A stretch of 64,000 bases of DNA from Takakia lepidozioides (taxonomy: Eukaryota; Plantae; Bryophyta), in the NCBI GenBank assembly GCA_030704615.1, contig CM060734.1:46686001-46750000 (forward strand), written 5' to 3'. Below are positions 1-11,696 of the stretch, in pieces. Positions within the stretch are counted from its first letter, which is position 1. The number at the start of each line of letters is the position of its first letter. The notes under the pieces were generated by a model. That model ran no database searches and had not been told where the DNA came from. It saw only the letters and a list, made by a program, of their open reading frames with translations. A program made the translations under genes and the position numbers.

Positions 1-456
1 CTGGCCAGTCAACTTGTGCAAGAGGACCCCTGCCAGCATTTTCTTCAAGCCCGTTTGTGACTACCCTCCCTGATTCCATGGTGCCAACTAAGGGATGCTC
101 CGAGATTGAGCTAGCAGCCACCTCTCCATTATCTGTGGGGTACGTACTGCCAAAGGGATGGAGAAAGGTCATGTTAGCAACAGTCCACTTGCCAATGGAG
201 AGAGTGTGTCCATGGCTCAGGTGAATGGGCCAGGCTTTGGTTCCATATCAAGCCTATTGGCCGAAACTGAGGCCTCTCCCTCTGTGGGCCCAAGCAGGCC
301 ATCTATATGAACATCATATCTCTTGAGCCCCTCTACTACAAGGCAGCATTGCAGCAGCTGTAAGTGATCGTCCTTCCTTTTTATGACTCAATGTGCTCAA
401 CTGTCATTTTGGCCTCAATGACACCCCTCCGTAGTTTCCCCCAGGTTCTCAATGTT

Positions 457-845
457 GGTGTTATCAATGCTTGCACTAGCCTGGCAGTTCTGGAGAAGGG
501 CAAAGAGGTCCATACTGATATTAGGAGGGTTGGAATTGTGCCAGATGCCATTCTCGGCACTGCCCTATGGACATGTATGCCATATGCAGTAGCATAAAAG
601 ATGCAAATCAAGTGTTCAACAATATGGGTCAACGATATGTGGTTTCATGGAACGCGATGATCACAGGATATGCTCAGCTTGGTTATGGTATGGAGGCTTC
701 AGAAACCTACAAGGAAATGATAGGGGAAGACGTGAATCCCAATCAGCTCACATTTTCTGGGGTTCTCAATGCTTGTGCCAGCCTGGCAGCCTTGGGAAAA
801 AATATAGAAGTTCATGCTGACATCATGAAGCCCGGAATTGTGCTT
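457..845 (+). pseudogene. PLS-class pentatricopeptide repeat (PPR) gene fragment, frameshifted
   Basis: ORFs 364-597 and 567-944 join across a frameshift near 567 to give VINACTSLAVLEKGKEVH..GIVPDAILGTAL / DMYAICSSIKDANQVFNNMGQRYVVSWNAMITGYAQLGYGMEA..NPNQLTFSGVLNACASLAALGK..VH, which are canonical L-S-P-L motifs. No E/DYW tail is visible. Confidence 0.9.
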
Positions 846-1749
846 GAGCGTTCCCTTGAAATTGTTTTGGAGTACCCCTCAATAGTTGCTAGGTGGCTAA
901 CAAGACCAACTGTGAAGATAGACATCACCAGCTGGCAATCCTAACTCTGATGCTGCTAGGTATTGGTGCCCAATTGTCACATGTCAAGCACCATCTGGAG
1001 TCTACGCCCTACATCTCGCTTGGGATGCTTGGCGTGCAGGATGTGGGCTACATAATCCTTCTTATCACAGGTTAGTAGCTGACTGATCACCTAAGATCTC
1101 TACCATTTTGTACAAGGATTTGTCTCTTTGATGTACTTTTGTTCTCAATACCAGTTGGCTCCAAATGGAATAGCAAAATTTTATGAATGTAACTGAAGAT
1201 CTAGTATCTAGCAAGCTAATGTGCCGGGTTGTCATACAGAATCTGTACTGGTGGAGGACCTATTTTCTGCTGCTGCAGATTGTGGGTTGTGGATGTGTAG
1301 CATGATATTGGTAGACACCCTAGTGTGGAATGTACAAGAGAGCCAGATTGCTGATTTGATAGATTTTCTTTAGGCTCATGGCGAAGAGTGTTCTAGTGGT
1401 TCTACATTATAGTTGTCCTTTGTCACTTGGATCTTTTGGGCCTCTTGCAGATGTTTAGAAGTTCCCTCTTTCTTTTTTTCTCTCTTGGGGGATCCCCGTA
1501 GACATCTTTCACATTCTTTCTTTTCTATGTCCCCTCTACTACCAAATCTCAGGCTGCTACTTTCTACCTTCTAGAGAGAACTTGTTGGGAGACCCATTTT
1601 CCTGTCTTGTTTTTTTCCTTGTCCCATAATTTCTTCAAGCTTCCTGATGTTATGTCTTCTCTCTGTGCATGAGCATTATGCAATGTGCTCAGGAAGTATA
1701 ATACTCTACTGGATTGAGACCCTGCTGAGGTTAGTGTCAAGTGGGACTG

Positions 1750-2500
1750 GAGCATGATGCCTCGATAGTTCCCCAGCTCTTCTCTGTCAACTTTTAGGGC
1801 GGGTATGGTGGCATCACCCACCTTTAACTCAAATCCCTCATTTTTCACATCCTCGAGTAGTTGATTGATGAAAACATTGAAAGCAAAGGAGAGAGGATAC
1901 ATCTTTGAGGTCAAAGACAACTATCCGCATATTCCCTTACCAAGCTTGTAGTTTGTAGGCAAAACCAAGAATATGAAGCCCTGTCTATGGTATGGTGGCA
2001 GTTAATAGTGCTCAACTCTGTAAGGACACTGAAAAGACACCCCAGATTCTGAAATTTTTCTCCATTTCTGAATCAACTGTTACAAAGATCTCTTGGTTTA
2101 TTTCTACTCATGAAACATTGTTGGCTACAGCCTTGTGGTCATAGACCCTGCACCAGTTTGGACAGAAGAGAGAGAGGCTCGTGTAGTTCCCTGCAAACGT
2201 TGGCTTGCCATTCCCTTACAGGTGTCATTAAAGAGAGAGAGAAAATGTACTCATAAAACTTTGTTTGCCGTACCCTTGTTGCCACATACCCCTTTGTGAG
2301 GGGCTCACTCCAATACTGACTTAGCTTCACATAAATAATTAGTTGAGGCTTCCAGATTTTGGAATTCTTCTATGCGCCACTTCTGAATCGAACGTTTCAT
2401 AGATCTCTTGGTTTTTTTCCCTACTCATAAAACCTTGTTTGCCACAGCCTTTGGGTGAAGGACGCCGTGCCAGTTTGGGTAGAAGAGAGAGAGTTTGTCC
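1750..2500 (-). mobile_element. Mosaic of non-LTR (LINE) ORF2 fragments
   Basis: FNVFINQLLEDVKNEGFELKVGDATIPAL (RT) is fused to DREELGNYRGIML (RT N-terminal motif). 2365-2415 reads KRSIQKWRIEEF, matching KHSIRKWRIEKL at about 40710-40745. 2070-2180 and 2385-2497 are diverged duplicates, also related to 39575-39655. Confidence 0.7.
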
Positions 2501-3615
2501 CACTTTAAAAAAATTCCTTTGGTTAGTCAGCCCCAAAAAATTGAACAGGGCCAGGTCTTTAGGCTCGGCCTTGAGATCTTAATAGGTGAACAAAGGTGCA
2601 GGAACCTGGTTCTTAATGTTTCTGAAGAGGGTCACTCCCTGGTGAGAATACCCTGGACAATGTATTAGAAAATAGATATTGTGTCTAGGTTGCTCGCATA
2701 GTTATACAACAAGAGAGAAAGAAGGAAAGGACTCAGCACAAAACGAGATTGAGAGCAATCAAACAATTAGGCCTGAATTACCTCACAAAGACAATGGCTC
2801 GTGCTCTGGCAGAGACTCAAGAAGCCCAATGTACCAATGTAGACAACATGACCACCCGGACCACAGAGCTTGTGCGGAATCTGCACATTAATGGCCAGTT
2901 GCATTCTGCCAACCAAACACATCACATAAATGCAGGGGCCCTAGAAAGTTTAAAGACATTGTTTTTCTAAGCTCTTAAACATTTGATGTACACAAATGAA
3001 ACAACTAAATAGGCTCCAAGAGATTGCAACATAGAGTGATTGAAAAGGAACTTCGAAAGAATCAAGTAGTACCCAAGCTGTGTCTTGTCTATTCACGACA
3101 TGACCTTATATCCTATCTTGCATCAAATAGTCCTACAGAGTTTATTTTCCAGCTGAAAATAACCACCTTCTAAACCTGGGCCTGCACATTCAAGTTGAAA
3201 GAATGTATATGGGAGAAGTAGGTAGTCTAACAAACCACGATAACCATCTTAGATGTGATGGTACACTATCTTTTGAGTAGGTGTACATGAGAATTCAATA
3301 TAAGTTGTTTGTCCCTTAATTAAAACATATAGTAAAGCTGCATGGCCCAAGATTCAAGACCAGTGGCTACCATATACAACCAAGTGCCCATATTAGACCA
3401 GAATGTTTTGTAAAATTCAGACTGACATTTTTTATTTTATTTTTTCAGACTGACATACTTTCAAATCTCAGAAACTTCCTATGAAATAAATGTTCGTCTT
3501 TTCATAAAACTTGAATGTAGCCCATCTATCTGGACGTTGTTCTCAGAAGTCGTCGCTAGTAGTGCGGAGCAAGGCGAAACCCTAGTAAACTATTAACCTT
3601 AATATATTGAGAAGT

Positions 3616-3792
3616 AGACAACCAAGTTGTAGCCGAGGGATATGGGCACATACCACCTCGGAAGTGGTTGTGGGTTCAATCCACGGATTGGTGTCACAAA
3701 GGTGTCCACCTTCCTAGCGGAAGGCAATAACTCTTCGGGGTGAAGAGACACCATACTTTACGCTTCCTTCAGGAGGCGTCAAATATTATTAT
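3616..3792 (+). mobile_element. tRNA-derived SINE, copy 1, with 13-bp TSD
   Basis: A-box-like TAGCCGAGGG at 3630, B-box GGTTCAATCC at 3673, conserved body, (TAT)n tail. Flanked by the direct repeat TATATTGAGAAGT at 3603-3615 and 3793-3805. A homologous copy lies at 14525-14706. Confidence 0.85.
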
Positions 3793-5520
3793 TATATTGA
3801 GAAGTGATGTAACATTCTCATTGAATATATGTGAGAAAAATACAAGTAAAAGTAGAAGAGATTTGAAAAGAAGTAATTTTCATGAATCAGTTTTTTTTTT
3901 AAATGGCAGCTTCAAATTTATGACAATGATGTGGTACTATGGCACCCTATTCCTGCTCTACACTAAAACTAGTCTCCGACAACCTTTAGTCGTCACTAGA
4001 ACTTATCCAATGTGCAATGCACACAACGATTTATATTCACTGCACTGCCACCATAATTTCCAGCATCCAACTTCTGCAAAGCAGTGTTTTTTTTTCATAT
4101 TTCCAGCGGGGCCATTTGTGAATTCTACCCAGTGCCCATGTGGCGAGAATAACGAGGTGACAGAGTTAGAAAAGTGGCTATAATCTAGGTGGCACGTTTG
4201 AACTAGTCCACGTCGGCAAGATTAGCCTCTTGGAATTCATCTGCTGGTGTTTTTTGGTGAAAATATCGGATTTTACCCCCCATAATTCCTTTGTACAAGT
4301 AGCTGACCGAGTTTCCACGTAAAGAAAACACTGCCCCAAAGGCAGTTAACAAGTCTGAAGCACGTATTTCAGGACACGTCAGGTATAAACTGAGTTGCAG
4401 GTTTATCATAACTTCCCAACCTAATTTGAGGTTTGTTTTATTCACAAGCTCAGGGTAAACAATGTTGTTAAATTCATTTGTGCATCAAACTTTAGTTCCT
4501 GATTTGGGAACTAATCATTCTAATTACTCTTCATATACTCCGTTTTCATCCGTCCCCAACCCACCTCCTCTCTCATTAGGCGTCATTGGCTCTTTGTGAT
4601 AAATTTATGGCATTGCCTCATGGCCTCACTGATCTTAGCACTGCGCACATGATAGCATAGAAGTAGTTTAAGTCTATCCAAATGACAAGATTAGAGCAAG
4701 TACATGTAAGATGAGGTTGGGCAGCATGTGTGTAGGCTCACGCCTCTGTGCGCCTGCTCATGTGAGCAAAAAAGATATGCCATATATTCCAGGCATATTC
4801 TTGGAAAATACTTTAGTGAAACTAAAATGTGCTTACGCCAAACGACATGCAAAACATTTGGAAAATTTGTGCTTACGTGAGCATAAGCCACACGAAGTTG
4901 GGGCATAGGGAATTTCCTATCAATGCCATCTCCATCAACAATTTCCGTTGATTAATAGTTGCATATCTAATCATGTGATGTTGACGCTCGTAGCAATCAC
5001 TAATATGCGAAACTAGACACAATTCATTTTGTTTTGCCCACGAAAGCATGGTTAATGCCCTACCACAATAAGCACGTAACAATTCGGTTAGCGAGATAAA
5101 ACAACCTCATGTAGTCCCTTATATGCAAAACCAAACACAACTCATTTTGTTTCGCCCACAAAACCATTGGATAATGACGTACGCAATGATACCTTGAATT
5201 TCACTGGATCCCTTCATTTATTTGCTAGCGCAACCCGTTGTTTGCCTCATTATATTAAATTGTTCAATTATTGTTTGGTATTTGTGTGTTTTGGACGGTG
5301 TTGGTTATTGTGACTTTGTTTTTCCCTAATGTGTTATTCTTTTGTAGGATAGCAAAGCTATAAGTATTTGGAACTTGGGGCTTGTAGATATACATTAGGG
5401 GTGCCTATTCGCGTGTAGAACCCCCATTTCTGTCCTTTGTATTCTATTTCTGTGGAAACATGGGTACCCTGCTGCCGTATTTTGTGCTCACGACTCCATT
5501 TTCCTATGCTCACATGAGCT

Positions 5521-5977
5521 TGTGATGGCCCAAACTCTCCTCATCACTAATTCTCTTTATTCATCCATGCGGCGATACTCATTCATCGTATGATTTTTTT
5601 GGCTTAAGTACCGTTAATCCGTTACAATGATGAATTAGCTAGGGTTAGTTAATGATGGTGGCCGCATCCTGGCCATCCATTAGAGCTAAGGATAGAAATA
5701 GGCGCCATGGGCTCAGCTTGTCACGCCTCGCCACACGGCATGCAAGCAAGCAGCTAGGGTTTAGTATAAAGCGGCAGCCTGACACAAGGTCAGGTAGCTT
5801 GTGTACGCCGGTGTATGTTTGTGTGTAAAAGTGTCAATCAGATACGTGTGTGAGATTTTCTGTCAAATGGCTCGCAAAGATCCTCCTCTCGCGTGAATGC
5901 AAGCTCCCCTTTGCTCGCCCTTTGTCATTTTGTTCAATACTTCAGAGGACAGAAGATTATTCCTCCATCTTGTTTTA
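5521..5977 (+). repeat. 5' LTR of family 1 copy A (TGTGATGG...CTTGTTTTA)
   Basis: Highly similar to 7811-8214 and to the reverse complement of 31102-31546. Contains a TATAAA-like motif at about 5765. Confidence 0.9.
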
Positions 5978-5995
5978 TGGTGGAGCCGCGCTGGA
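5978..5995 (+). promoter_or_regulatory. Putative primer binding site (TGGTGGAGCCGCG...)
   Basis: Directly follows the 5' LTR. TGGTGGAG is complementary to a tRNA 3' end CTCCACCA, typical of tRNA-Ala; the match beyond 8 nt was not verified. Confidence 0.6.
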
Positions 5996-6845
5996 TGCGA
6001 TCGTTGTCCTTTCCCTAATCCCCTACAGCGGCGTACTTATGTGATGTGTTAGTGCTCATCGGGACTGTATTAGAATGGCTGAAGCCCATTCCCTTGCTGT
6101 GTTTTTTCTCGCCATCGTGCTTTCATTTTGCTTATGTGCTAATCCTGCTTATTCTTTCTTTTATGGAGTCGCATGTTTCGGTCTCTAGTTGCGTTGCTAG
6201 TCATGAGGAAGAAGGCTTGCACATTCATCTTGATCTGCTTGTTACGCTTTCTGTCAGTCTTGCTAATCCTGCTAACCCTACATCTTTTGCGCCGCCTGAC
6301 ACTCTTGCCCTGCCGGTGTCAATTGTGCCTGGAGTGCTGCTGCTGATGCAGCCCCTCCTCCTAATCCAGCTCCTCTTCTCAACATCCTTTGTGCAGATCA
6401 GCACTCCTTGGCCTTAGATTTAAATGACATATTGGCTGCTTGGGGCTGGTCTAGCCTTCTTGATGATCCTGGTTGATTTATTCCTGTGTTAGTATGTGTG
6501 GTGGATTTATTGTTTAGAGAGAATTTGGATAGTTTGATGGAAGTTCTTTGTGGTGTTCCAGCCTTTCTTCCTAGGCTCCCGAGTTTGTTGTGATTCAGCT
6601 GCTCCACTTTGGTGTGACTATTGGCTTGAGCCTCAAGGCCTGATTTGGCTATCCATAAGTAGTAACAAATGAGGTGAAGATATCATTGGCTGGAGATCAT
6701 AGGTGCATGCACTCCAGACCACCTTATCTAAAGCCCATTGTCTACCTCTTATATGTAGTGCAGTCATGGATGATCAGCTACATATTGCACTACTCCAGCG
6801 ATGTCAATCAGGGCATTCGCCAGTTGGCCTTTCCGAGTCCTTGCA

Positions 6846-7810
6846 TAATGATGAGGAGAGTTGGGCCCATCACATCTGTGAAGCCTACCCCCCACGAAAA
6901 ATCCTGAGCTCCGCGAAGTAAAATATAATGAACAAGTAAATGAATTGATAACATCACCCTCCACTGCTGGGTGACAAACCTACCAAAGGAAAACCTGGCA
7001 CCTGCAAAGTGGGCCGAGGACAAAAACCTTGGCTAAGAAAACCGTGTAGGGAGTACAGGTGGTGACATTAAAGACTACAAATGTTTTAAGTCCTAGAATG
7101 GGCAAGCCATAAGGCCATGAAAGTCACAATCCGCAATCTAGGACTAAGCCGCTGAAGGTCACAAGAGGATCAAGCTGAAGTAGATCGGCTGAGAAGAGCA
7201 AGATATCACCCCACCGTACGTCCCTCCACATTGATGCATGTAAGATCAAAGACCAACTCGGAATGCACTAGATCCGTCAAAGAAACAGGTTCATCCCGCA
7301 CTTCAGGATTGGGTCCTTGGAAGAAGGAGAGCACTAAGGATCTCATTGAAGAAGAACTGAGCTACAACATCACTAGCCTTGGAACGCAAAGGCCGAACTT
7401 CTACCCACTTAGTCAAGTAGTCGGTAACAACACAAAGGTAGCTTCGACCCTTTGATGTGAGTGTGCGGGTCCTACCAATGCAAACCAAAAAAAGTGACAG
7501 ACTGTAGCTCATACAAGATCCGAGCCCTACTAGGGAGAGCCTATGTTAGCACGACAACCGTCACACTTAGAGATGAATTCCGTGACATCCCGGTGAATTC
7601 CTAACCAATAGTAAACCTCTTGGATGCGGACCACGGTTTTCTTGATACCAAGGTGACTTGTGCATACAAAGAACAATGGAAACACTCTAATAAAGCATTC
7701 AACTGGTTCTGTGGTGGCACCTCCAAATAGCATGGCACTCCCCCTCGAGTGAGCTCATTGAATAGCTTATCACCCTTAAAACGGTGAGTAGACACGTGAT
7801 AGAGAATTTG
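6846..7810 (-). other. Inverted internal segment of copy A (integrase remnant, 3' UTR, PPT and first ~30 nt of the 3' LTR)
   Basis: In sister copy B (48770-48810, minus) GAGTCCTTGC continues into GTAAACAAATTCTCTATC. In copy A the sequence breaks at about 6845 and the continuation is the reverse complement ending at about 7810. PPT and LTR start lie inverted at 6850-6895. Confidence 0.85.
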
Positions 7811-8224
7811 ACGATACTCATTCATCATATAATTTTTTTTGGCTTAAGTACCGTTAAACCGTTACAATGATGAATTAGTTGGGGTTAGTTAATGATGGTG
7901 GCGGCATCATGGCCATCCATTAGATCTAAGGATAGAAATAGGCGCCACGGGCTCAGCTTGTCATGCCTCGTCATGTGGCATGCAAGCAAGCAACTAGGGT
8001 TTAGTATAAAGCGGCGGCCTAACACAAGGTTAGGCAGCTTGTGTACGCTGGTGTATAAATGTGTGTAAAGGTGTCAATCAAATACGTGTGTGAGATTTTC
8101 TGTTAGTTGGCTCAAAGATCCTCCTCTCGCGTGAATGCAAGCTCCTCTTTGCTCGTCCCCTGTCATTTTGTTCAATACTTGAGAGGACAAGAGATTATTC
8201 TCCATCTTGTTTTAAGGCTTCACA
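7811..8224 (+). repeat. 3' LTR of copy A (its 5' part displaced by the inversion), ending TGTTTTA-AGGCTTCACA
   Basis: Direct repeat of 5571-5977 plus a 10-nt extension AGGCTTCACA (8215-8224), also seen at 31092-31101 on the minus strand. Confidence 0.9.
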
Positions 8225-8913
8225 AGCCGACGTACGCAAGTCCTCACGGTCTACCAAACCCCATGTAAGATTAGGGCGAGTTGTCGAAAATGAATTTATG
8301 CAAAATTTTCTCAAATCCAATAGCATGGACGTATTTGTTCAAAGTGACGTTCTTGAACCCTAGTCATGTGCCATGAAATCGCTAGCAATACGATGCTTTA
8401 GTTTTTCACCTTTTTCTTCAACAGTTCGTCTATATTTAAAAATATATCCATGAACTCTTTGTAAGCAAGTGATCTTGCCTCTGCTATCTTTTGTAATCGT
8501 TCCAGTTCTTGCACCGACTAATGAAAAGTGAAGAGCAATCTGCCCGACCCATGTCCCCATCCTATGTAGGCTTCTGATTATTCGCATCCATCGCCGAACA
8601 TGCTAGAGCAACACATTGATACTACAAATTACGTAAAACAAGCCTAAACAATGTTGATATTGTTCAAGTAGGAAATGTAATAGGTTTGTCCTTGACGTGT
8701 ATCTTTTCAATAGAAACTAGTGAAGTTCTCCTCTTGGGACAATATTATTGATCATTCTATCATATACTATTATATATATTATTAATCATCCTAGAATACA
8801 GATTGGTCGGCTAATGAATCAGTTAGTATAAATAGTAGGGGCTGGTGTGATTCTATGGAATAATCAACTAGCTACAGACTGGGCAACAACATCTGCTGTC
8901 AGTTGGTTGATCT

Positions 8914-11696
8914 TCAAGAAAACTTCAGAAGGGAAAAGCGGATATCAAGAGTGCGCTGGTGTGTGAAGAGACCTGCATCCTGCATGGGCAGCACCCATGC
9001 CTCTTCCTCAGACTCGTTGTGGTGACTGTGCCACCAGCCTGGTGGTGTAACAAACACACTTCCCGCCTCCCATTCCACCCTGGTAATAAACCCAGATAAG
9101 AATTTCCAAGTTAAATAGCAATATGAAAGTGAAGAGTGACTGTGATTTTGGCTTGCATAAAAAAAAAAAAAAAAAACAAAAGAGTGACTGTCTTGACTGT
9201 CTGGTGAAATAGGAAAAGTGTGAAAAGAGAACCCCCTTTCTGATATATAACATTTGAAAGGGTAGAGAGTTCTCTAATGCTTGATGCCTGAATACCAAGG
9301 CCCTTTCATGAGGTATCGCTGGGCCAGATTCATAGTCTGGAAGCTCTGGACCTCTCATTGAGGACATGCATATTCCCTTGACCAATGAGCCTCAAGCAGA
9401 ATATTACAAAGATCCTCTAGAGCCTGACTATCATATCAGATACCAGTCTCCTCAACTTAGAGCGAGCTTAGAACACGATATAAGAGCATACCTGATTGGA
9501 TTGAGGACCCATCCATCGCTGTCAAGCTCCTCCCCCATTAGTGTATATGTCCCAGGTGCTGCATGTATTGCCAAGTCTAATGCTGTTGAGTTGTGTCGGT
9601 GTGGTCTCTGCACCTCTCCTGTGTAATAGTAGACTTACTTCAGCTTTCAACACTTAAAACACGCCACTTCTTCCCTACTTGTACTTCCTACAAATGCTGC
9701 CAGGCTAGTGGAAATTTAATGAGGCAAACCTTCCCCAAAAGGATGGATTTCCAACCTGGAGGTAACACATTGAGCAATGACCAAAGTGTATGTGACAGAG
9801 TCTTCGTCTGCGGAGTAGCCGAGTTACCCAGTAAAATCCCCAGTCGGTTGCGATGTCTCGCTCCTGGTTCATGCCTCACTCTCTCCACATTTTCAAGCAG
9901 CTTGGATCGACTGCATGAAAGAAATTTTCGTCACACAGTTGGTGAGGTTCTCGACCTCTGAATCAATTAGTGCAAATTTCTTCAGAAGTGCCACCACTCA
10001 GCCCCCCGTAAGCAGAAAGCATAAACTGTGCAAGGTTCTAAAGCCCTCAAAGGACAAATCTTTATAAAGTATTTCATTGATCATTGTGAGTTCAAACTTC
10101 ATAAGCTGAAGTCCAACTCTCCTCTGCAAATCACAACAACTTATGGTAGCTCTTTGAGTCAACCAGAAAAGTGATTTACATAGCTTCTTTTGCGCCCTCA
10201 TCATGTGCATTGTATGGACCACAAGGGTTACTATTACAGTCTGGATCCCACTCAAGAAAAGCTCCTTGACTTCACCAGAAAAGTGATCCAGACAACTTGT
10301 CAGGTCATGATTGACAACCACTTGCAGAACTGAAAGAAATGATTTGCAAATGCGCTCGATGCTATGGATCCACATACATGTACTATTCTTGCCAATCACT
10401 GAAGGTTGAGTAAAGTTGCGCAATGGGTAAGTCCATAACTTCAATGTTTAAATGTAATAAGTGCATAACTGTGTGACAAGTGTTGATGCGCCTATTGGAG
10501 AACGGGAACATACACTCTCCCAGGTCTTCCATGCCAACTCTATCCCTCTACCAATAGGCAACAGTTGTCTCATTTCTATGATGCAACTGTTATACTGGTT
10601 TACACTTCAAATGATTGTTCTTCATGTCCCTTGTTGAGACCAAGTGGAGTAGACACAAATGGAAAGTTATTGGCTGTCAAAAAGCTTTGGGTACTATACT
10701 GACAACTACCAACCACTAGCCTGGATTATATTGTCTACTGCATAATGGTTACTGCAAGGGTACAATACCTGTCCAAGGTAAATCACTTGAGAGTACATTT
10801 TTCTCTCTCGCTCTCTCTTCTCCCTTTTGTTCCACCCAGAGCAGGGTCTATGGCCACAAGGCTTGGCAAACAACATCTTATAAGTACATTCTCTGTTTCT
10901 TCCATGAGCCTTTGGGTGGCATCACCCATGGATGTTTGAAAGTTTCTGTCCTTCTCTCTGGGTAGGAGAAAATCACACTACTCTGCTGATAAGAAGCTTA
11001 CTCTGCAGATAGTGGCGAGTGAAGTTCAGTACCTGAAAAAAGCAGGTTGAAATTTCTTGACTTTTGGAACGACTCCAAGATATGATAGCAATGGAGCATC
11101 GGTCACCCAGTACAATCCTGCACCACCTGTGTCTTCATCACTAAAGCATGTGTGTGTACACCTCATTTCTTCCTGACTTGAAGGCAACACAAAGAGGTCG
11201 CCTTTGTTCCATTCTAGATCACCAAGCTGTGTATGGGTCTTGCCCTGACCGTGAATCACATAGAATGCCTGCAGCATGGCACCAAGAAGAAATTTTTAAT
11301 GCAAAATAGAGAAAGAGATGGGGGGCTCGGCCAAGAGGAGTAGGGTTGGTTCGTGCAACAAACCTGTGAAGTTGCGCAGGCATTTGTGGTCAAGCTTTCC
11401 CCAACACAAACTCTCACGAATGACGCCAGCAGGTTTGGAGAAGTAGCAGGATATCCATCAATGCCCATGGACTTGCTGCTATCCAATGGGGTGATTCTAG
11501 AAGGTCCTGAAGTGTGCTCCTCTGCTTCTAGCTTTATAATCGGGATAGGTAACATGTCAGGATTTGCCGAACTTGTGTATTCGAAGATGTCAGTTGCTTT
11601 GTCCCATTCATCATTTCGTCGAGACACCTTCACTCCCTTGGAATCCACGGTAGAAGACAAGTCACATGTGACTGTCTGCACACTTGATGCTGGCAT
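8914..11696 (-). CDS. Intact 5-exon bicupin (gentisate 1,2-dioxygenase-like / RmlC cupin superfamily), 338 aa
   Basis: Exons 11696-11364, 11268-11033, 9910-9756, 9618-9492 and 9079-8914 total 1017 nt with all GT-AG introns and the frame preserved. Motifs: ATSPNLLASF, ATSQAFYVIHGQG..WNKGDLFVLP, RNRLGILLGN, QRPHRHNSTALDL, VFVTPPGWWHSHHNE, QDAGL..RTLDIRF. 5' UTR exons probably extend toward ~13060 but were not resolved. Confidence 0.9.

Larger units (their letters stand above)
5521..8224 (+). mobile_element. Ty3/Gypsy LTR retrotransposon, internally deleted copy with an internal inversion (family 1, copy A)
   Basis: TGTGA...TCACA termini; repeats at 5521-5977 and 7811-8224; PBS-like TGGTGGAG at 5978; integrase remnants (HLGIKKT..YYWLGIH..C..C; DYLTKWVEV); flanks AGCT (5517-5520) and AGCC (8225-8228) are a likely 4-bp TSD with one mismatch. 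Confidence 0.85.

Noticed and set aside
3619-3692. tRNA gene (also at 14531-14605)
   Set aside because: A/B boxes are present but I could not fold a proper cloverleaf or anticodon arm. Each is followed by a shared body, tail and TSD, so these are SINE heads.
3701-3752. Hammerhead or other known ribozyme in the SINE three-way junction
   Set aside because: The CUGANGA and GAAA core is absent on both strands, and no HDV, twister or pistol consensus was recognised.
9998-10444. 148-aa minus-strand ORF in a cupin intron with vague MULE-like LFW..RA pattern
   Set aside because: The similarity is too weak to call; there are no TIRs or catalytic motifs, and the cupin frame is complete without it.
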